DNA of 42,166 nucleotides from a virus (Duplodnaviria > Caudoviricetes): the IMG/VR virus record IMGVR_UViG_3300031912_000029, positions 1 through 42,166 of that record. One strand, given 5' to 3'. Under the pieces are notes generated by a model. That model was given only the letters and a program-made list of their open reading frames with translations, was not told where the DNA came from and made no database searches. The position numbers and the translations under genes were made by a program. Numbering within the stretch: the stretch's first letter is position 1; the number at the start of each line of letters is the position of its first letter. Positions 35,501 through 42,166 of this stretch are shown one piece after another.

Positions 35501-36894
35501 AGCATGCGCGCATCCTAACGGACGAGATCATGGCTCAGCAGGTTGGTGCGAGCGACTCGTTCCGCGCGGGCCAATTCGAGCATGCCGCGCAGATGGACTT
35601 CAAGGTAACGGGCAACTGGCTCAATCCAGCCTGCTGCAACGGCGCGACCTTCTTCGCGACTAAGGCGCACTACAACCCCAACACCGCCTGTTGCCAGCAG
35701 TATGCGCCGGCCTCGGGCGGCGACTATGGTTATGGCTTACAGCTGATGTATCTGCTTGCAGCGGCCTATACTAATAAGACTGCCTCGGCTATCACTGAGC
35801 AGCCTATGCCCTCGGAGATCGGAGGGTATGCCTTCGCTACGAACTCGGACTTCGGCCCGCAGGTGGTGATGGCGGCGGGCGGCACCGGGCTGCAGGCGGC
35901 AATGGCCGGCTCGACTGCCAACACCACGTTCGACAATCCGACGCTGTGGACCGCAGTCGGCATTGAGAAGATCGGCCGTGTGGGCTGGGATGCGCGCATT
36001 GGGCCCGCAGACACGGGGTATCCTAGCCTTGGCGGTCAGGTAAGCTTCGGCCCGACCTGGAACAATGGCTCGTGGACGAGGCTCGCGCAGAATCCGGCGA
36101 GCTGCCATGGCACCTTCACTACTACGTTTGCCAACCCAGCTGTTACGTTCGGCAAGATTGTGTGGAACTGTGGGACTCCGACCTTCACGCAGAACCTGAC
36201 CCTAACGCCAGATGGAGTGCTGAGTCAGACAACCTGCACGGGATGCAGTGGGCTGTGGGGCATGACCTTCCCCATTATGACGAGCGACGGCGATAGTGGT
36301 AGCTGGGGCACTACCACCATGACTACCAACATCAACGCCGCTGGTGGCTTTGCCTCGACGACCTACGGCCCGACTGGGGACACACAGAACTATATCACCC
36401 TGAGCTCGAATGCCACGACTATGACCTCCGAGGCGAATGTCAATGCACAGGGCGGAAACATCACGCCTGTACGGACGTATACGGGCAGCCCTGATGCGAC
36501 CCAGACGACGTTCGTTTATCCGCAGAAGTCGGGCGAGCCCACAGCAGCTGCGGTGCGTAGCGGTATGACCATCCCTGCGGGCACCACGAACCAGTACTCC
36601 AACACGGCGCTGAACTCGTCAGTCACCTCAGGGAATAATGGCACCTACTATATTGGGCCGTTGGCGGCAGGTGGCTGGGCGAACAGCATCACTATTGGTA
36701 GCTCCACGATCAACTTCACCTCCGGCGGCACCGCAACGCCCTGCTACTTCATCATGAACCTGAGTGGCGGGAATGTGACCAGCATCGAGGTGGATCGCAC
36801 GATCACGGCCAGCATCCCGAATGGGGCGCATGGCAACTACACCGGGGCGAATACGCTTAGCCTGACAGCCTACAACCCAAGGACTAATCTATGA
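32596..36894 (+). CDS. 1432 aa signal-peptide multidomain protein (Gly-rich, Ig-like, SPRY-like, possible carbohydrate-active C-terminal region)
   Basis: MRRNVLIAGLLAVALASSALG; WGGGAGGGGG Gly-rich domain; GDTITVYIDG...GAHNAVATET; SGRYHYE...GDLWAVEVDL. Confidence 0.8.
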   Translation: MRRNVLIAGLLAVALASSALGAELKVFGGKKPAAAPPPPNSKTVFITATGNWTVPSDFTSTNTVWAWGGGAGGGGGNTGSCGAGGAGAEATIANITLTPGALVPVTIGAGGAGGANTANSCGVAGGDTNFNSGQVIAKGGSVGGFTSGGPGATGGAGGQASASTPSATAHSGGAGGSTPTSAAGGAGGGGAGGPHGNGAQGSNLPNVTSSVGGSGGGGADGGGTSPAVSGTNGTAGGLAQDGTAGGTAGVNGGPGSHGSGGGASNGAASPANTGNGGNGGAGVGFTQTSDSSVAGPGGGGGGAGAVTGTGGGTAGNGGNGGLFGGGGAIGGAGPAPGAGGSGAAGGIVVTYTTGTIAAPQISGPTGTVTTSATTVTGTGNNVGDTITVYIDGGPPTPPDGTTTVVTGNTWSFNTVALGNGAHNAVATETTALGTSGVSNQVNWNTSVAAPPGNTLNPNNTASSVGLDSTRLIATVGATTPLAQTMGAVGYTSGRYHYEAQLGTPGNFQSVVGVGNTAHGLTTGVGSDVNSIGYYGSNGSGQGQILYNNVAQISNTALNANAGDLWAVEVDLTNGLFWAQDVTTGSKWNGSASANPGTGVGGVSFATSTAGCTAPCSWFVDAQLVGIVGRTVTVNFGASTFTAQCSTGFIPWNGTTACPAAPPPNQSGPGTVTAVSLLPSNVPVASSSNTWHTTARPWTAAAVANSTYLTRLNNLVTWYASRANSGTGCIGSSGLDPYTGTSNAGTAFNGSLELSFGAQFKGNNLTYATNGLATAVMNCSTASYHAHTSAQDFNIGPLNLAWQLYNTYGGASFSASQKSTWLDTNHLNAWYGVGNNTNNWGMYDMWGAWLAIQNGLSTFTGGSVGGTAGIDCMWTGATCSFNTFTMHQANQFNNPPFDLYMDQNGVTPDGLWVERQATTLNAMISEGYNGAQAGAIRTATSTAALSGMYMQAQDGESASGGRQDHHNWVEHARILTDEIMAQQVGASDSFRAGQFEHAAQMDFKVTGNWLNPACCNGATFFATKAHYNPNTACCQQYAPASGGDYGYGLQLMYLLAAAYTNKTASAITEQPMPSEIGGYAFATNSDFGPQVVMAAGGTGLQAAMAGSTANTTFDNPTLWTAVGIEKIGRVGWDARIGPADTGYPSLGGQVSFGPTWNNGSWTRLAQNPASCHGTFTTTFANPAVTFGKIVWNCGTPTFTQNLTLTPDGVLSQTTCTGCSGLWGMTFPIMTSDGDSGSWGTTTMTTNINAAGGFASTTYGPTGDTQNYITLSSNATTMTSEANVNAQGGNITPVRTYTGSPDATQTTFVYPQKSGEPTAAAVRSGMTIPAGTTNQYSNTALNSSVTSGNNGTYYIGPLAAGGWANSITIGSSTINFTSGGTATPCYFIMNLSGGNVTSIEVDRTITASIPNGAHGNYTGANTLSLTAYNPRTNL

Positions 36895-39800
36895 GAAAGC
36901 TAGCTCTAGCTCTGGCACTCATGCTGGCGGCGCCGCAAGGCGCCTGGGCCGCGCAGGGGTTCCTGTGCTGCTTCACCGCGCCCACCGCGCCGAGCTTGCC
37001 AACGCCGCCCACTATTGGAGGTGGTGGGAATACCGCCTCGTTTACGCAGGGCGGTACGGCCACAGTTGTTAACTCGGCGCTGACACTCAGTGGGACGGTC
37101 ACAGGTATGACCATCACCATCTCTAACAACTTCGTTCAGGGGGACGTGCTGACCTTCACCCCATCTGGTGGGGTTAATGGCACCTACTCCAACCTGGGGG
37201 TGTTGAGCCTCAGTGGGAATGCGGCCGCATCGGTCTATCAGGCTGTAGCGCGTACGGTGCAGTTCAGCACTAGCATCGCAGATCCAACCCAGTCAGGGAC
37301 GCGGTCGCCTCGCATGATCTCCTTTGTGGCGCAGAATCAGGGGGCGGGCTCAAGCGCTGCGAACTCGAACGTGACAGTCATCGCGCTGCCTACGATCTCC
37401 GGCACTGCTACTGGGAACAACTATACTCAGGGCGGTGGGGCTGTGACGGTCGCGCCGAACCTAGTGCTGTCAGACTTCTCCAGCACCTCGATCAATAGCG
37501 CTACGGCCCAGATCACCTCGACGTTCCAATCGGGCGATCAGCTGGTATTCACCAATCAGGCCGGCATTAGTGGCAGCTATAATGCAGGGACCGGCCTACT
37601 CAACCTGACTGGTCCGCAGACGGTCAATGCCTACCAACAGGCGATGGCCAGCATTGGCTACAACTTCACTGGGGCGGATGTTACGAATGGCGGCTCGAAC
37701 CGCAGTCGGACGGTTGTGTGGCAGGTGACTGATGGGAATGGGAATGCCTCGGCAGCAGGCAGCGCTACGACCCTGTTTACGGTGGGTGTAGGCAGCACTA
37801 TCAAGCCCTCCTGGGTGCCGAGTTGGGCCGCACAGAGCTGTAACTACACTGTGAACCAGTGTTGGAATGGCACGGTGGTGGTACTGAGCCCGGGCTTTGA
37901 CAGCGTGACTCGGTCTACGCAGGAGACCTGTCAGACTGCAACCACAGTTACCTACGCCGCAGCCAACATAGGTTGTGTGAATAGTAATGGGCTGGCCGTT
38001 TGGGAGGGCCGCACGAACCTCATTGCTGGGGCCAGTGACATCAGTAACCCGACCTACTGGAATCCCTACACCACTGGCTCGGGGACGGTGGTGATCTCGG
38101 GGCCGAGCAATGGTGGTGTGGTAGTCGGGCCGGATGGCAGCACTAACGCAACGAAGGTGACGTTTCAGCGCACCTCGGTGGTAAGCTTTGGTGACAATGC
38201 CATTGTGACTAACCACTCGGCCGGGTTGACAGCTGGGGGTATCTATTCGGATAGCATCTGGATGAAGGCTGACACCGCGGGTGATGTGGGCAAAGTCATC
38301 ACCCTGCAGTTTTGGGACGGTACGACCTCCCTGCAGAACACCAGCCGGAACATTACACTGACGGCCAACTGGGCCAACTATCAGTATACTGCGACTCTGC
38401 AGACCTGTTTGACAACAAGCTTCAACTGTCAGTTCAACTTTGGCTTCTCGGGTGCAGCTAGCAACTCGCAGACCGGCACCGTGAATGTGGATGTCTGGGG
38501 GCCGCAGTGGGAGCTGGGGAACTTCGCCACTCCGTTCATACCTACGACTACAGGGCCCGCCTCGAGGAGCACGGACAACATCGTGCCGACTGGTACGTTT
38601 AGCAGTAGTATGGCTGGAAATGTGGGCACGTTAGAGGTGCAGAGCTTTGGGGTCAACCAGGTGCCTTCGACCCTTGTAGACTCGAATGGTCTGCAGTTCT
38701 TCGGCATTACGGGTAACCAGACCCTGGTTAGTGGGCTGCCTACCAGTAATGGGCCGGGGACCTCGGCTACCTGGCTGAATGCTAACATCTCCGACATCAC
38801 CTGGGACACCACCGGCCGCACTATGGCCCTCAATCATCAGGTCTATTATAAGGACTCGGGCGCACCGCAGCCGGCCGCGCCGTTCCACTTTGGCGCGCTG
38901 AACGGCGCAACCCAGGTCATCAATGGTTACATCCAGCTGGCGAGTGTTGGCAACTCGCGCGTGAGTGATACCACTGTGGGGGTGCCGCCCGGAGGTACAG
39001 TCTACTACTTCAGCGCGGCGGGTAACAACAACAATAACTGTCTGACTACCACCACGACCTGCCTCGCTACTAAGATCTCCAGCATGAGTGTGCATCCCAG
39101 TGATGTGTTCAACTTCAATAAGGGAGATGTGTTTGGCAATACCTGCATTCAGTTCAATGGGAATGGGGGCAATACGCAGGGGGCGTCTGGATCACCCATC
39201 ACGATCCAGAGCTATGGAACGGGCAACCACCCAGCTATCACTAATAGTACCACTCAGTGCCCTTCGGAGGATACGAGCTCGCCCGCGCTGACGACCTCGG
39301 CAGTGGTGGAGTTCAACGGGGTGAGTGGCGTGATCTGGAATGGTGTGGATGTGTACTGCGACACGGTGGGGAATGTGCCAGCTGGTATCAAGCTCACTAA
39401 CTATAGCTCGCAGGTGATGAGCAACGTCATTATTGAGAATGTGAATAGCACGTCAGGTTGCCAGAGCCCCACGGGCAATTATAATACTCAGGGCGCAGCG
39501 ATCTCGTATGACTTCTGGGGACCGGCCCCTCGCAGTACGGCGTATGGCGGCGGTATCCAGCAGGTCACCCTGCTGAACATCACCTGTAGCCAGTCGACTA
39601 ATACCTCACAGGCTGGGGCGCAGGCTTGCATCCAGAGCCAGGGCAATCAGGGGAATCAGATCAATTTCGCGAGCATCCAGGGCATCTTAGCCTATAACCT
39701 GGGTGGCCAGGTCTATACCCCTGCTGCGCCTAACTCAGGTGCTATCGGTCTAGGTCTGCTGATCTGGGGCCAAGTTAACCTGCTTGGTATCTCGCCGATG

Positions 39801-40778
39801 CAGTACATAGTGGTGCATGACACCAGCGTGAATATTGGGGGCTGCGGCGGGCCGAGCTCGATGTGGACGATGGATTCCTACAACTACACCATCCAGTTCA
39901 GTGAGTTCTACAATGAGCAGGCTGCAGCTGTGAATGGGACGTGTGACCATGCCGGGCTGGACATTGACCGGGGCAACAATGGGGTCATTGTGCAGTATAA
40001 CTGGGTTCACTTCACGGCCGGCCCGAGCTTTGAGACTGTGATTGGGCCGCCCGATCAGGGATTGACGTGGGGAGCGCCGAACCCAGTAACGTTCCGCTAC
40101 AATATTGGGGAGGGCTCGAACCAGAACACGTACACTACGTCTGGGGGCGGCTATGGCAATAGCTTCTCTAATGGCTGGTACAACAACACCTCGACTCCGT
40201 CGCTTGAGTACATCTACAATAACACCTTGAACATGAGCAACTCGCCGACCGGCGTCTCAACTCCAGTGTTCTTTGCCTCGTGTCCAGGGGTGACAGGCTC
40301 GTTATTTGCCAATAACCTGATGGTGGCGCCGCAGTATCAAGGCTCCGCGCTGATGATCTACAATCTGCTGACCTGTCCCAGTCTACAGTTCCTCAACAAC
40401 GGCTACTACTGTCCGAACTGTGGGGGCACCGGAGCTACACCGACAGGGCCGTATTTCTGGAGGGTTGTTAACAATACTGTGAGGGGCTCGGCCGCGTGGC
40501 AGTCCCTTATAACTGGGGGCGACATTAATGGGGTGTTTGCAGTCAACCCGACGATCACGACTGGTAATCAGGCGTGCTACACAGGTACGACCGCGCCGAC
40601 CTCGGGGCCCCAGCCATGTCCTACGGGCTACTCACCCGCGGCAGCTTACAAGGCGCCCGCTGGGCTGGATCTGACGCAGAGTGCGTATGGCTCGTTGGTG
40701 GTGGGCGGCTTCGATTACTATCAGAATGTGATACCCTGCGTCAGTGGCAGTGGTTATCCTATAGGTGCCTCATGCTGA
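36891..40778 (+). CDS. 1295 aa signal-peptide protein (adhesin-like repeats, phage head-spike-like/CBM domain, C-terminal beta-helix)
   Basis: MRKLALALALMLAAPQGAWA|A; GLAVWEGRTNL...QWELGNFATPFIPT; YYFSAAGNN...GDVF...PITIQSYGTG. Confidence 0.8.
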   Translation: MRKLALALALMLAAPQGAWAAQGFLCCFTAPTAPSLPTPPTIGGGGNTASFTQGGTATVVNSALTLSGTVTGMTITISNNFVQGDVLTFTPSGGVNGTYSNLGVLSLSGNAAASVYQAVARTVQFSTSIADPTQSGTRSPRMISFVAQNQGAGSSAANSNVTVIALPTISGTATGNNYTQGGGAVTVAPNLVLSDFSSTSINSATAQITSTFQSGDQLVFTNQAGISGSYNAGTGLLNLTGPQTVNAYQQAMASIGYNFTGADVTNGGSNRSRTVVWQVTDGNGNASAAGSATTLFTVGVGSTIKPSWVPSWAAQSCNYTVNQCWNGTVVVLSPGFDSVTRSTQETCQTATTVTYAAANIGCVNSNGLAVWEGRTNLIAGASDISNPTYWNPYTTGSGTVVISGPSNGGVVVGPDGSTNATKVTFQRTSVVSFGDNAIVTNHSAGLTAGGIYSDSIWMKADTAGDVGKVITLQFWDGTTSLQNTSRNITLTANWANYQYTATLQTCLTTSFNCQFNFGFSGAASNSQTGTVNVDVWGPQWELGNFATPFIPTTTGPASRSTDNIVPTGTFSSSMAGNVGTLEVQSFGVNQVPSTLVDSNGLQFFGITGNQTLVSGLPTSNGPGTSATWLNANISDITWDTTGRTMALNHQVYYKDSGAPQPAAPFHFGALNGATQVINGYIQLASVGNSRVSDTTVGVPPGGTVYYFSAAGNNNNNCLTTTTTCLATKISSMSVHPSDVFNFNKGDVFGNTCIQFNGNGGNTQGASGSPITIQSYGTGNHPAITNSTTQCPSEDTSSPALTTSAVVEFNGVSGVIWNGVDVYCDTVGNVPAGIKLTNYSSQVMSNVIIENVNSTSGCQSPTGNYNTQGAAISYDFWGPAPRSTAYGGGIQQVTLLNITCSQSTNTSQAGAQACIQSQGNQGNQINFASIQGILAYNLGGQVYTPAAPNSGAIGLGLLIWGQVNLLGISPMQYIVVHDTSVNIGGCGGPSSMWTMDSYNYTIQFSEFYNEQAAAVNGTCDHAGLDIDRGNNGVIVQYNWVHFTAGPSFETVIGPPDQGLTWGAPNPVTFRYNIGEGSNQNTYTTSGGGYGNSFSNGWYNNTSTPSLEYIYNNTLNMSNSPTGVSTPVFFASCPGVTGSLFANNLMVAPQYQGSALMIYNLLTCPSLQFLNNGYYCPNCGGTGATPTGPYFWRVVNNTVRGSAAWQSLITGGDINGVFAVNPTITTGNQACYTGTTAPTSGPQPCPTGYSPAAAYKAPAGLDLTQSAYGSLVVGGFDYYQNVIPCVSGSGYPIGASC

Positions 40779-41305
40779 GACTAGCTCTGATCTTAAGCCT
40801 GGTGGCGACTGGCGCGCTCGCACAGCAGGTGCCTTGGCGACAGCCGAGGCCGGATGGGAATGGGCCGTCCAACCTGGTTGGGAGTAAGGAGCACCCCATT
40901 CCGCCCGAGCAGCCACTCTTTCGGGGACCACTGTCCAAGGAGGAAGTGGATATGATAATCCTGGCGCTGGAACGGTTGAAGCGCGAGGTGGTTGTGCCGG
41001 CGCGCGATGGGGTGCCTGAGTACCGCGATGAGGAGACTATAAAGCATGCGGAGATGGCCGAGCTGGCATTGGCAGCGGACTGGAAGACAGCCATTGTGAA
41101 CCTAACGCTGCTGCCCACCATTGGCCTGGCCCTTAGTCGCGCAACCAATGTTGAGGTTGACAGGCTGGACGGTAATGACATTATGATCATTGACCGTGAG
41201 GCTAGTCAGAAGGCATCGGAGCCGTACTGTGACCTCATCAAGAAGATTAACCGAGCGGGAATCTGTACTGTATGGGTTGCTCCTAACCCTGAAAGGATCA
41301 ATTGA
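40772..41305 (+). CDS. signal-peptide hypothetical protein
   Basis: MLRLALILSLVATGALA|QQ. Confidence 0.7.
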   Translation: MLRLALILSLVATGALAQQVPWRQPRPDGNGPSNLVGSKEHPIPPEQPLFRGPLSKEEVDMIILALERLKREVVVPARDGVPEYRDEETIKHAEMAELALAADWKTAIVNLTLLPTIGLALSRATNVEVDRLDGNDIMIIDREASQKASEPYCDLIKKINRAGICTVWVAPNPERIN

Positions 41306-41306
41306 T

Positions 41307-41555
41307 ATGTCGAGTCCAGGGCAGACAGCTATGGTTAATAGCGCGGTCACGGCCACGAGCTTCAGCATTGCTAAGGCTATGCTGATGGAGCTGGAGGCTC
41401 TCGTTGAGATGCGTCAGGCTAGTGAGTCACTCAGCGTTAGCGCTGGGTATGGAAACGGGACCGCGCAGGCGGTTGTAACTGTGCAGGCTGATGGGAGTAC
41501 TAACGTAGCTATCAGTATGCATGTAACGGCAACAGATGGAAGCAGTGGAGGTTGA
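41307..41555 (+). CDS. hypothetical protein
   Basis: AAGGA SD, abuts neighbours. Confidence 0.55.
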   Translation: MSSPGQTAMVNSAVTATSFSIAKAMLMELEALVEMRQASESLSVSAGYGNGTAQAVVTVQADGSTNVAISMHVTATDGSSGG

Positions 41556-41556
41556 T

Positions 41557-41760
41557 ATGCCTAGAGCAGGTAAGTGCAGTGGGCCTGGCGCCAAGGCGAT
41601 TGAGGCGCAAGACTGCAAGCTTGAGACTGGCCTCAGCAATGCCGCGCGGCTCCCTGCGAGTCATATGCATAGGGCGGGTGACCTGGGAGCGCCCGGGAAG
41701 GGTGGCTACTCGGGCGCGGTGAAGAGCATTAAGGGTGGCGGCGGGATGAAGGAGCACTGA
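41557..41760 (+). CDS. small Gly/Lys-rich protein
   Basis: GGAGG SD. Confidence 0.6.
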   Translation: MPRAGKCSGPGAKAIEAQDCKLETGLSNAARLPASHMHRAGDLGAPGKGGYSGAVKSIKGGGGMKEH

Positions 41761-41761
41761 T

Positions 41762-41962
41762 ATGGTGGATCATGTCAGGTGCATGGGCAAGGGTGCCCAT
41801 CAGATCGACAAGAATGGGGCGTCTGCTTCGGCGCGTCCTGCGTCAAAGTATCGTGATGCAGATGTACCTGAGGGCGGCGATTGGGGCCGCGCGCGGATTA
41901 GGTTCGAGATGGACCCGAAGAGGCACTACCACAGCCAAGAGCCGAGGAAGCCTGGACCATGA
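41762..41962 (+). CDS. small basic protein
   Basis: AAGGAG SD. Confidence 0.55.
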   Translation: MVDHVRCMGKGAHQIDKNGASASARPASKYRDADVPEGGDWGRARIRFEMDPKRHYHSQEPRKPGP

Positions 41963-42099
41963 AGGGGAAAGCCAAGCTGCCAAAGCTGACGAAGCTGAAG
42001 CCGGCAGAGGGTGAGGGCCCGGCCATTAGGCGCGCGACCGAGGTCAAGGGTAAGCTATTGCGGGGTGTTGCTGCGGGCAAAAGTAAGAAAGTGTACTGA
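41959..42099 (+). CDS. 46 aa Lys-rich protein
   Basis: MKGKAKLPKLTKLKP...KSKKVY, ATGA overlap. Confidence 0.5.
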   Translation: MKGKAKLPKLTKLKPAEGEGPAIRRATEVKGKLLRGVAAGKSKKVY

Positions 42100-42133
42100 G
42101 CCCACGGTTTGGTTTCCAAACGGTGTGTCGAGT
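42093..42133. repeat. dispersed palindromic element copy 3
   Basis: ACTGAGCCCACGGTTTGG-TTT-CCAAACGGTGTG, immediately before ATG at 42134. Confidence 0.85.
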
Positions 42134-42166
42134 ATGAATGACTTAGCCGAACTCGAGATCAACCCA

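Noticed and set aside
25954-40778. Many antisense and alternate-frame ORFs in the track
   Set aside because: Shadow ORFs of GC-rich coding sequence with no motifs or RBS.
1-42166. Stop-codon reassignment
   Set aside because: Long genes are intact under code 11, and TAG, TGA and TAA all end genes at tight junctions.
42134-42166. Start of terminase large subunit (MNDLAELEINP)
   Set aside because: Plausible by position, but 11 codons cannot support a call.

Overview
This window is about 42 kb of a GC-rich dsDNA phage genome. The host is probably an alphaproteobacterium, based on GAAC-N7-GAAC LexA-type boxes and a DnaA-C-like HTH protein. The left half (1-21 kb, minus strand) carries a replication and recombination module: a DUF3987-like P-loop protein, a family A DNA polymerase with an intein, a separate UDG plus 3'-5' exonuclease gene, a ParB-methyltransferase fusion, a DUF669-like SSB, an AAA_24 NTPase and a PD-(D/E)XK nuclease. 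This is followed by many small early-type genes and an AT-rich, symmetric origin-like region near 20.0 kb. The right half (plus strand) has a TerS-like gene, a holin candidate and a GH24 endolysin. It then has a 15 kb tandem array of seven Sec-signal-peptide proteins, six of them large and Cys/Gly/Ser/Thr-rich, mixing bacterial adhesin-like and phage fibre-like domains. This array is the best candidate for an undescribed system. Other notable signals are a polymerase split inside its proofreading domain, two duplicated SOS-box promoters inside the replication operon, and three dispersed copies of a 40 bp palindromic element. All family assignments come from motif recognition by eye, not from database searches.
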